Source of the DNA: Methanomicrobiales archaeon
Lineage (GTDB): Archaea > Halobacteriota > Methanomicrobia > Methanomicrobiales > Methanospirillaceae
NCBI GenBank assembly: GCA_037134435.1
Contig: JBAXMF010000001.1
Location: 1 to 38,817 of the forward strand
Length of the DNA: 38,817 bases
Direction of reading: 5' to 3'
Made by a program: the position numbers and the translations under genes. The notes under the pieces were generated by a model. That model did no database searches and was not told the DNA's origin. It worked only from the letters and a program-made list of their open reading frames with translations. Shown piece after piece: positions 1-8,239 of this stretch; positions within the stretch are counted from its first letter, which is position 1; every line of letters begins with the position of its first letter.

Positions 1-998
1 AGCTTCCGGGAAAATTCATTGGGTTTCTCCCCGGCGACATTGAATGACACGACACCGGTCCCTTTCGGGCTGTAGACACTTACACCCGGGATCTTTTCGA
101 GTCCCTCGTACATTCGTGAGCCGAGCTGTTTTTCATGTGCATGGATATTCCTGACACCAAGTGAACTGACGAGGTCAATTGCAGGCCCGAGCCCGATAAC
201 CCCTGGGATATTTGGTGTTCCTGGTTCAAATCTTGCAGGAGGAGGAAGTAATTTTACGGTGTTATGCGAGACCGATACCACCATTCCACCCCCGAAGATT
301 GAACAATTCAGGGACTCGGGATCTTTCATATAGAGTGCCCCCGTCCCCTGGGGCCCGAGAAGTCCTTTATGCCCGGGAATTGCGAGATAATCGATATGGG
401 TAACATCGACCGGGAAATGTCCCACTGACTGCGCCCCGTCGACGATAACAGGTACCCCGGCATCATGGGCTATGCGTCCTATCTCCTCCACTGGTTGTAC
501 AGTCCCGAGAATATTGGGCATATGGGTGACGGCGATCAATCTCGTCTTAGAAGTGATGGCCTCCTGGATCGTCCGGGGATTGAGATATCCCTTCTCATGC
601 GGGATGAATGTAACGCGGACACCTTTTTTCTTAAGGTTCATCCAGGGAAGAAGATTCGAATGATGTTCCAGCCACGTGGTGATTATTTCGTCGCCCCGTT
701 TCCAGGTGAGTCCGTTAGCAACCGTATTCACTGCATCGGTGGTATTTTTTGTGAAAATAATGTGGTCGGGGGAGACCTTTAGAAAATTTCCGAGTCGTGA
801 CCTGGTCTCCTCATACTTTTCCGTTGTCTTCCGGGCAAGATGATGGGCGCCTCTTCCGTGATTCGCTGCGTATTCAAAAAAATATTCGCACATCGCATCG
901 ACAGAACACCGGGGTGTCTGGCTTGTCGAGGCACTGTCGAGATAGACGCACGTTGAAAGTATTGGAAATTCCTGGCGTAACTTTTGAAGATCATACAT
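1..998 (-). CDS. Cysteine desulfurase / class-V aminotransferase (SufS/CsdA-like), 3' end beyond window edge
   Basis: Missing from the ORF track because it runs off the left edge. Hand translation of the reverse strand from the ATG at 998-996 gives MYDLQKLRQEFPILSTCVYLDSASTSQTP...THMPNILGTVQPVEEIGRIAHDAGVPVIVDGAQSVGHFPVDV...AIPGHKGLLGPQGTGALY. This is the typical class-V fold with the PLP-lysine HK motif. The frame stays open to position 1. Confidence 0.8.
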   Translation of the reverse strand, partial: MYDLQKLRQEFPILSTCVYLDSASTSQTPRCSVDAMCEYFFEYAANHGRGAHHLARKTTEKYEETRSRLGNFLKVSPDHIIFTKNTTDAVNTVANGLTWKRGDEIITTWLEHHSNLLPWMNLKKKGVRVTFIPHEKGYLNPRTIQEAITSKTRLIAVTHMPNILGTVQPVEEIGRIAHDAGVPVIVDGAQSVGHFPVDVTHIDYLAIPGHKGLLGPQGTGALYMKDPESLNCSIFGGGMVVSVSHNTVKLLPPPARFEPGTPNIPGVIGLGPAIDLVSSLGVRNIHAHEKQLGSRMYEGLEKIPGVSVYSPKGTGVVSFNVAGEKPNEFSRK

Positions 999-1268
999 GT
1001 ACTGTCACCTTGGAGAAAAGGGATCCCCCCGATATGCACTACAGATAAGAATTGCATATGATAAATATGTTCAAGATCGTTACCTTTGAGAGATTTTCTC
1101 AACGATTATTTTGAGTACAAAAAAAGTAGTGAGGCCTTAAGAGTGGACTCAAAAAAATTTCCGTACCGTTAACGAAGACCTGATCCGAATCCACACTCCC
1201 TTATGAGGTGTTTGGTTCCTGGTCACCTTCCTCAAAGAATATATTTTTATAGATTATTGACACACGAT

Positions 1269-1288
1269 CAATTCACAATTGTGAATTG
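1269..1288. promoter_or_regulatory. Perfect 20-bp palindrome (candidate operator) just downstream of a TATA-like A/T block
   Basis: CAATTCACAATTGTGAATTG is its own reverse complement. It lies about 15-20 bp downstream of AATATATTTTTATAGATTATTGA (1238-1260) and about 100 bp upstream of the ATG at 1386. Confidence 0.35.
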
Positions 1289-1385
1289 CACCGTTAGACC
1301 CCGCCAGGGTGGCGGAGCTGCTACACGGCTGACGGGAGATCAACGATACTCGGTTAAATACCTGAATCTGGATCTGTGAGACAAT

Positions 1386-1850
1386 ATGACGGATAATGAA
1401 AATAACGGACCATTATTGATCCTCGGCTGCCCGGAGGTGCCGGTCCAGCAGGCACTTGCGCTGTACTGTGCCCACCGGTTCGGGAGCCAGGGGAAAGAAT
1501 TGCGTATTGCGGGAAACACTGCAGTCCTGCAATTACTCAGGGTCTCTGACCCTGGTAAAGTCTATGTTAAGAAGATGATGGACCTCGATCGGTGTATCGA
1601 AGACCTCTCGACCAGGAAACTCGAGCCGGCCGAATGTCTCGTATTTGCCCACAGCGACGCGGGAATTTCCTATGCGACCACGGTCCGTTATCTCACAGAG
1701 GGGAGGCTGATTGCGGTTGTGTTTGGGAGGATGGCCGAAGAACTTGGTGCAGGGCTGGATATTCCCTGTGAAAAAATCGTTGAAAAAGCGGTGCATAATC
1801 CGGGACAACTCCGCCGGAAACTGGACGAGGTGATGGGATGGGCTGTGTAG
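1386..1850 (+). CDS. Conserved methanogen hypothetical protein (DUF1890-like by recollection)
   Basis: 154-aa ORF with an ATG start and an N-terminal LILGCPEVPVQ motif. It overlaps the next ORF by 13 nt. The family name is recalled, not searched. Confidence 0.65.
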   Translation: MTDNENNGPLLILGCPEVPVQQALALYCAHRFGSQGKELRIAGNTAVLQLLRVSDPGKVYVKKMMDLDRCIEDLSTRKLEPAECLVFAHSDAGISYATTVRYLTEGRLIAVVFGRMAEELGAGLDIPCEKIVEKAVHNPGQLRRKLDEVMGWAV

Positions 1851-2122
1851 AAGACCTAGGATATGAGGTGCTTAAATCAGGCGTCTCCTTCAAAGAATGT
1901 AGGGCATTTATCGAAGAACACTGTAGCGAGGTTTTCTATGTGAACCCGGGTTTCAAAATCTTTGAAAAATGCCTGATCGGAGTTCCACCGATCGCAATCG
2001 GGTTGGTCGGTCCAGTGGTTATCCTGCCGTATACAAAACCCTGTTATGGGACCTTCATCCTCAGGGTCGAGAGTGCCGAAGAAGCTGATAAGATCAGGGT
2101 TACCGGAAGGAAAAAGCCGTAA
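1838..2122 (+). CDS. Conserved methanogen hypothetical protein (DUF1894-like by recollection)
   Basis: 94-aa ORF containing the motif PYTKPCYGTFILR. It is translationally coupled to the upstream ORF (start lies inside the upstream gene's last 13 nt). Confidence 0.65.
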   Translation: MGCVEDLGYEVLKSGVSFKECRAFIEEHCSEVFYVNPGFKIFEKCLIGVPPIAIGLVGPVVILPYTKPCYGTFILRVESAEEADKIRVTGRKKP

Positions 2123-3036
2123 TACAGGCTTAATTCCTTTTGTCAGATTAATCTCTCCGTCAGGCCCTCTGGGAGAACCCCTTATCCCCGCCCAAATTAC
2201 CATTGCTACCCGATAAATCATCCTGATCTACATTTTTCCCTTTCGGTACCGAATACGGATATTTACGGCGATTGTATCCTAATTCCACAAATAATTTGCA
2301 TCATTTTGTGCTATACCAGGTGGCTATGCACTCTTAACCAGAAAAAGATGCAATTTTACTATCAATTCCCGGAAATCCCAATATGTCTCTACAAAATTTA
2401 TAGACCTCTTATAAATCCTTTAACCATTTGTAGAAGGGTGCGGAGTCAGAATTTCAGTGGGCTAAGGCATCCGTTTTTGGTCATGTGACGTACCTGGTAA
2501 TGGCAGGATGTAGTAAATCCCGTCCATTTTAGCCTTCATTCCCTGAGAAACAAGGGCCCAATGGGGTCTTTTAATAATAAGGCCATTAATCGGCTATTTC
2601 CAAAAATCAGCGGAAATAACAAGGGTGACAAACAAAAATCAGGGCACCGGCAGAATGGGGGTTAGTAAATGGTGGTGCAACACCGTAACATGGCTTATCG
2701 TTGGAATAACGGGGCTGGAAATGCCCGGAATTTTATTCCTGCAGGCCGGAATTGAATTGGTGCCAAAGGCCCGAAAAGAAGGACACTTTTTTTGGGGTGG
2801 ACAGAATGGGAACGTATCCTTTTCAGGGTCTATCAAACAGTAACATTTTAACCGGAGAATAGCCCTTTTTCCATTTGGCAACCCGGATTGGGCTCCCGGT
2901 GGGAATTGTAATTGTACCTATCCCTATCCCGGTAAAAAAAGAAGGAGATAATTCGCAGAGATGTAACTTCGGGAGCACTGAAAATGCCAGAATAAAAACC
3001 CGGCTGGAGGTTTTTAGCCCCCATAGCCTTGCCGGT

Positions 3037-3975
3037 TCAGACAACAATATTGGTATCAGAAAATGGTTTTATCGTAATAAGGATATAGTCCCGCATGCGT
3101 GAGGGCCTGACATCGGCAACAGCCCCGATTGTTATGCCGTTTTCAATCTCACATTCCCTGATCATTCCGGCGTACATGTCGTACGGTAATTTGATGCGGA
3201 GCCCGGCAATCTGGACCGTTATCGGGGTCGGGGATGTTACGTCTTCAATATCCGGGACTTGTTCGGTAATGATATCCATCAGGCGTGCAGGGGAAACCGA
3301 GAGCGGATCCTTGGCAATTTCTTCCCGGCGGATGTCAAGGACGCGGGTGATTTCTGCCACGATCTCTTCCAGTTTCTCAATCTCGTCCGACTCTTTCGTC
3401 CTGTGCATGAACCTGCCCACGTTTCCCACGTAGCCGGAAACCGGTGGGTCGATAATCTTCTCGAGTGACTCTTTCGACGGGCCCCCGCAGACCACGATCG
3501 GGACCTCTATACCCCTCCTTAAAACGGGAAGTTTCTTCTCGATGCAGGTCTCGAAATTGCCGAGCATGAAGAGAGCGAGGTCATGCTCGTTGATCACGTC
3601 CCGTTCTTCGTCATTTAACTGAGCAATCCGCTTCCCAAATCCCCTTGCGAGCCCGACCATGTTGGTCTTCGCACCATTTCTCCTGATATATTCTGCCACG
3701 TCGCAGGAGGCGTGGGGGAGGTGGTGGATCTCAAGGCTCATGGTGACAACGGCGATCTCGGTCCCTACCAGCGATGCAGGGATGATATCCCCCATCAGTG
3801 GCTTTCCAACAGCACGGATAAGCTCGATATCATCTCGCGGTACCAGTGCCTGGAGGACCACTTCCTGTGCGACGAAATGTTTCTGGATGATATAGCCGCC
3901 GACATCCTCGATGAGGTCAACAATCTCATCATGGCGGTATATACCCCCTTTGTACGTAACCGGGACCAGGATCAC
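3037..3975 (-). CDS. mmp7: Methanogenesis marker protein 7 (Mmp7)
   Basis: 312 aa. The GTG start overlaps the mmp17 stop (GTGA). It is the last gene of the atwA/mmp operon. Size and position fit methan_mark_7. The family call comes from recollection and operon context. Confidence 0.75.
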   Translation of the reverse strand: MILVPVTYKGGIYRHDEIVDLIEDVGGYIIQKHFVAQEVVLQALVPRDDIELIRAVGKPLMGDIIPASLVGTEIAVVTMSLEIHHLPHASCDVAEYIRRNGAKTNMVGLARGFGKRIAQLNDEERDVINEHDLALFMLGNFETCIEKKLPVLRRGIEVPIVVCGGPSKESLEKIIDPPVSGYVGNVGRFMHRTKESDEIEKLEEIVAEITRVLDIRREEIAKDPLSVSPARLMDIITEQVPDIEDVTSPTPITVQIAGLRIKLPYDMYAGMIRECEIENGITIGAVADVRPSRMRDYILITIKPFSDTNIVV

Positions 3976-4553
3976 AGGCTCTCCCCCATTAATCTGAACT
4001 TTTCCGATAGGAGCGGGGTAATATCCTCGTCAAGGGTATTTTCACTCGCGATATAGTAGAACTTCCCGTTCCCATAATATTGCCGGCGTACCTTGAACCC
4101 TTCCGGGGCAATCGTCTGCATCGCGTAGATCAGGTCTTTGTAGAGGGCCTCGCTCGGGTCACCAACGACCATGTCCGGCAGCCCCTCCGACTCCTTACGC
4201 TCAAGCGGCATGACAATTGTAAGCCTGTCTGGCTGGTCCACCCTTGCCTGCCCGAACTTATCCCAGAGTATCTTGAGCAACGGTGCAAGGTACGCTTCAT
4301 TGGCGATCGATATCGTTACCTTGTTGTCCTCGATATTTACATCTGAAAAGTCCCGGATGGTAACAAGTCCCGGTAATTTCCTCGTAGTCCCGACGGCAAC
4401 AAATATCGGGACTGATGGGTCAATGAACACGTGGACCTTCGCGACAACCCTGACGAGGTCATGGTCCAGGAGCACCGTGGAGACGATCCGTTGGTAGTAT
4501 TCGCCCCCGAGTGGTTCCGGGCATTCCACCAGAAAATAATCGAGCGCCCCCAT
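3972..4553 (-). CDS. mmp17: Methanogenesis marker protein 17 (Mmp17)
   Basis: 193 aa with an ATG start that directly abuts the mmp15 stop (0-nt gap). Size and position fit methan_mark_17. Confidence 0.7.
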   Translation of the reverse strand: MGALDYFLVECPEPLGGEYYQRIVSTVLLDHDLVRVVAKVHVFIDPSVPIFVAVGTTRKLPGLVTIRDFSDVNIEDNKVTISIANEAYLAPLLKILWDKFGQARVDQPDRLTIVMPLERKESEGLPDMVVGDPSEALYKDLIYAMQTIAPEGFKVRRQYYGNGKFYYIASENTLDEDITPLLSEKFRLMGESL

Positions 4554-5792
4554 CTACTTCTCCCCGATGAACCCGGATGAAAGGAGTGCAGAACCCACGG
4601 CCCCTATATACTGGGAGTAGGGTGGCACGACGATCTCAGCCTGCAACAGTTCACCCATCGCAAATACCAGCCCCGCGATCAGGGAGGTGCCGCCCACCAT
4701 GATAACGGGCTCCCTGATGTCCACTTCCTGTAACTGCTGCTCAAATACCTGTTCGGCAACGCTATGGCAGGCGGCAGCAGCCACATCTTCCTTTGAACTC
4801 CCAGCTGCAAGGGCATTCACAAGGCTCTGGGTGCCGAACACGATACAGTAACTGTTCATCGCCACCTGTGCGGACATGCCTTTGAGTGCAAGCGGCCCGA
4901 GCTCGGTGATATCTACGCCGAGGCGCTTTGCGGTCATCTCAAGGAACCTGCCACTTGCCCCTGCACAGATACCCCCCATGGTAAAGGTCCCCGGGATCCC
5001 GTCCTGGACACTAATTGCCTTGTTGTCCATCCCGCCGATATCGATTACGGTCGAAGGACCGTGCTGGCAGTCTGCAAGGAATACTGCCCCCTTGGAGTTC
5101 ACGGTCAGTTCTTCCTGGATAAGGTCTGCCTTGATCTTTTCGCCGACGAGGAACCGTCCGTACCCGGTTGTGCCAACAGCCTGGATCTCTTCCCGTTTAA
5201 CGCCTGCCATATCAAGTGCCTGTTGTATTGCGACATTGGCACTTTCGAGCACATCGGTTGTTGGTAACCATCCGGTGCCGATAATTTTGTTATCCCTCAT
5301 CACCACGGCCTTTGTTGTACTGGAGCCGGAATCCAGCCCGAGCGTGAGCCCGACCTGGGTCTCCCTCGCAAGCAGTGCTCTCCGCCGTGCGATGGTCGTC
5401 AGGGCTTCCATTCGTGTGAGTAAGGTCCCCGAGGTGGTCCGTTCGGTGAATGAATAACTGACGACCGGGAGCTTGGAGTTCTCATGGATGTACCTCCTGA
5501 GCTCGTTCCGGACAATAGCTGCTTCTGCACAACGGAAACAGGTAGCGATAAAGACCGCATCTGCCTCGACCCTTCCCTCAACAAGTGCCTTTGCCCGGGC
5601 AATCGCCAGCTTGAGGTCCGGGCTGCGGACATCAAGGCCGAACGCGGTGAAATCTCTTTTTATATCTGCGAGACTGATATCGGGGTAAAAAATCTCAGCA
5701 TCAACCGCTTTTGCGGCCTGGTCAATCTCTTTCTGGACTCCACTATATTCAGGACCACACGAGAGTTGTGCAATGCGTACCGGGGTAGTCAT
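4554..5792 (-). CDS. mmp15: Methanogenesis marker protein 15 (Mmp15), BadF/BadG/BcrA/BcrD-type ATPase with N-terminal extension
   Basis: 412 aa. It carries actin-fold ATPase motifs [23 protein letters not shown] and [14 protein letters not shown] roughly 147-aa N-terminal domain contains Cys12 and CFRC (85-88). The ATG overlaps the mmp5 stop (ATGA). Confidence 0.85.
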   Translation of the reverse strand: MTTPVRIAQLSCGPEYSGVQKEIDQAAKAVDAEIFYPDISLADIKRDFTAFGLDVRSPDLKLAIARAKALVEGRVEADAVFIATCFRCAEAAIVRNELRRYIHENSKLPVVSYSFTERTTSGTLLTRMEALTTIARRRALLARETQVGLTLGLDSGSSTTKAVVMRDNKIIGTGWLPTTDVLESANVAIQQALDMAGVKREEIQAVGTTGYGRFLVGEKIKADLIQEELTVNSKGAVFLADCQHGPSTVIDIGGMDNKAISVQDGIPGTFTMGGICAGASGRFLEMTAKRLGVDITELGPLALKGMSAQVAMNSYCIVFGTQSLVNALAAGSSKEDVAAAACHSVAEQVFEQQLQEVDIREPVIMVGGTSLIAGLVFAMGELLQAEIVVPPYSQYIGAVGSALLSSGFIGEK

Positions 5793-6235
5793 TTTGCCCT
5801 CCCTAGTCCTTTGAGGAAATCCCTGATCGCTGCAACAAATTCTGCCCCTTCTGAGTCAGTCTTTGGGTAATTCAGTTCCAGCACAGGAATATCGCGTTTC
5901 TTCAGAAGGAATATGATCAGTTCGTTCGTCCGGGCACAACCCATGCAACCGAAGGCGAGATCTGCATCGTGAATAATGATACCTGCTTCAGCGTCCTCGA
6001 TCATCGGGCCGTAGAGCGACATCCGGCCCCGGACACCCGAGGGGACCTCAACAGCTGCATACTTAAGGCCTTTTTTCGGGTCTTCCGGGCTGATCTGGAG
6101 TGGGGGTGATTCAAGGCCTGCGGTCTGGATATGCTCCCGTATTGATTGTGCTGCGCTCAGGGGGGTATGGCCGAACCGGGCAACAAGGTCAGAGAGGATC
6201 AGGCTGGTAGCGGGATAAATAAAAACTTTCGCCAT
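5789..6235 (-). CDS. mmp5: Methanogenesis marker protein 5 (Mmp5)
   Basis: 148 aa. The N-terminus [26 protein letters not shown] and the [11 protein letters not shown] motif match my recollection of marker-5 proteins. The 5-versus-6 assignment is moderately certain. Confidence 0.7.
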   Translation of the reverse strand: MAKVFIYPATSLILSDLVARFGHTPLSAAQSIREHIQTAGLESPPLQISPEDPKKGLKYAAVEVPSGVRGRMSLYGPMIEDAEAGIIIHDADLAFGCMGCARTNELIIFLLKKRDIPVLELNYPKTDSEGAEFVAAIRDFLKGLGRAK

Positions 6236-6240
6236 TTTTT

Positions 6241-6699
6241 TCAGGGCTCCTGTGCTTCGACTAATTGTTTTAACTTGTCAATACCGAGTCTCGTTTCCGG
6301 TCCGGGAGATGGCGGGTGCGGAATAGATTGTTCATCACGAAGAGGGAGTACGTGGAGTCCGTACGAGACGTGGCGGATAAGGGAAATTTCGAACTCATGT
6401 CCGAAATACCCTGGCCTTGCACCACCGAGGTTCGCCCGGCAGCGCCGCGGGTCCCCGGGGGGGAACCCCCTGTCTTTTACAAAGATGTGATCGGGATCAA
6501 GCTCCCGTAATGCTCCGATTATCTTTTCCACTTCCTCTGCAGTTCCCGTGATCTGGAGCCCGAAACAGGTCTCCTTGATCATCGCACCTTCCGAGATCTC
6601 ATATGCCCTGACGGCCAGGTCCTGTGGTGTCATCTCCGGTGACTCAACGAATACGTATTTCGTCACCGTCCCCTGGTAACGCGGAATGTACTCGCTCAT
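6241..6699 (-). CDS. mmp6: Methanogenesis marker protein 6 (Mmp6)
   Basis: 152 aa. The ATG overlaps the mmp3 stop (ATGA), and 5 nt separate it from mmp5. The call rests on size and operon position. Confidence 0.65.
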   Translation of the reverse strand: MSEYIPRYQGTVTKYVFVESPEMTPQDLAVRAYEISEGAMIKETCFGLQITGTAEEVEKIIGALRELDPDHIFVKDRGFPPGDPRRCRANLGGARPGYFGHEFEISLIRHVSYGLHVLPLRDEQSIPHPPSPGPETRLGIDKLKQLVEAQEP

Positions 6700-8228
6700 C
6701 CCTTTACCTCCCTGATAAACACGATATCTTTCTCCCTGATATTTTTCAGCACGTCGGGGTTCCTGACCCTGCCAATGATATTGGTCCCTTCAAACGGCTC
6801 AGATGTGGGCCCGAACTCCCGGTGTGCAGATACCCTGATCCCGACAAGTCCTACCCCTTTCCTCGCTTCATTGGTAATGGCAAGGGCCCCTGCAGGGACT
6901 TCGCCCTGCGGAGTATTTTCAGGGATAATTTTCACACCTTTTGGTATCGCCGGCTTGAACAGGTAGACATCGTCAAATATAAAAAATGACGGTACCTGCC
7001 CGACATCATGGGACCAGAGGCCTGTGAGGACCCGGAATATTTCACAGGAGTCCGGTGCCGCAGCATCATCGAGGACAATGTCGATCACCCTTGATAGCGA
7101 TTCTGTACCGAGCGACACCGTTCCGGCGGCCAACACCTCGAGTGTTGTCCCTGGTACCTGCCCGACCACCACGCGGTCTCCCTCCTGGCTGTCGACCTGG
7201 GTTTTTACTCCACGCGATGCCGCAACCCGCAGGGCTTCACCGAGTGGAAGTCCGATCAGGTCAAACCGTGCTGGCGATGCCCGGGTACAGAAAATATCGT
7301 CCGCCTTTGCAAGCCGGGCAATCTCTATCCCGTGGACTACCTGGGCTACGACGGTGTGAGCGGGGTTGCTTGGGACATCTGCGGTATAAATATATATGGC
7401 ACCCCGCGACCGGCCTTTTGTCCGGACCGTTACGGTCCCCTCCCGTCTTGGTTCTTTCAACTCAAGTGATACATCAACCTGGGTCCGGCGGCCATCAAAA
7501 ATATGGGTGCTCGCGGCCCTGCCAACATGAAACGTCCCGTCTTCCAGTGCCAGCAGCAGATGTTCAACGCTTCCTGCACAACTTGTATCGATATGGTCCG
7601 CTTCATACCCCTGCACGGCGAGATCGACATGGGTTACAATCTGCATCCCATCTTCAAGAAGGAGGTCCGGGTCAGTCGTTGTAAAAGAACGGGTGGTGTC
7701 AGCCCATGCGATGACAGGGATTACATCCGTTACCCTGTCCCCGGCGCTCCAATGGTCAAGCACCCCGCGGCCGGACACCACTCTCCCGATTACGCCCCCG
7801 TTTTCACCGGCGCCGTGGTCTGCAGAATGCCGCATCCTTGAAAATACCAGGTATGACAGGTTCGGGTCGTAGCCCCCGCACCCGAGGACCAGGTCCCCAC
7901 GCTCGTATAGGTGGGGCCTCCTGTCCGGGACAATGTCAGAAGGGAACGGTCCGAAGGCGGCACTATACCGGTCTTCCCAGTGTAATTTCAGGCTGTCGAT
8001 AAAGCCGGGGCTTTTGATGGATATACTACCTGATGCAGGGATCTCAACCCGTACTTCCCCTTTCGTGGTCAGGACCTGGAGATTTTCTGTTGCCTCCTTT
8101 TCCTGCGTGCCAGGCCGTATTACTGCCACGCAACAGAGCGGATCCCTGCCGGTGACTACCGATGCGAGCCTGCTACCTTCTGGCACTTCGCGGCTCTCCC
8201 CGTCGACCCGGATCGTAACCATTTCCAT
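6696..8228 (-). CDS. mmp3: Methanogenesis marker protein 3 (Mmp3)
   Basis: 510 aa with an ATG start, 11 nt downstream of the atwA stop. Size and position fit methan_mark_3. Confidence 0.8.
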   Translation of the reverse strand: MEMVTIRVDGESREVPEGSRLASVVTGRDPLCCVAVIRPGTQEKEATENLQVLTTKGEVRVEIPASGSISIKSPGFIDSLKLHWEDRYSAAFGPFPSDIVPDRRPHLYERGDLVLGCGGYDPNLSYLVFSRMRHSADHGAGENGGVIGRVVSGRGVLDHWSAGDRVTDVIPVIAWADTTRSFTTTDPDLLLEDGMQIVTHVDLAVQGYEADHIDTSCAGSVEHLLLALEDGTFHVGRAASTHIFDGRRTQVDVSLELKEPRREGTVTVRTKGRSRGAIYIYTADVPSNPAHTVVAQVVHGIEIARLAKADDIFCTRASPARFDLIGLPLGEALRVAASRGVKTQVDSQEGDRVVVGQVPGTTLEVLAAGTVSLGTESLSRVIDIVLDDAAAPDSCEIFRVLTGLWSHDVGQVPSFFIFDDVYLFKPAIPKGVKIIPENTPQGEVPAGALAITNEARKGVGLVGIRVSAHREFGPTSEPFEGTNIIGRVRNPDVLKNIREKDIVFIREVKG

Positions 8229-8239
8229 CCTCCAATTGA

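Noticed and set aside
2306-3102. Short ORFs of 60-80 aa in the 2.1-3.0 kb spacer
   Set aside because: They have no ribosome-binding sites, low-complexity or hydrophobic nonsense composition and mutually overlapping frames. They are not reported as genes.
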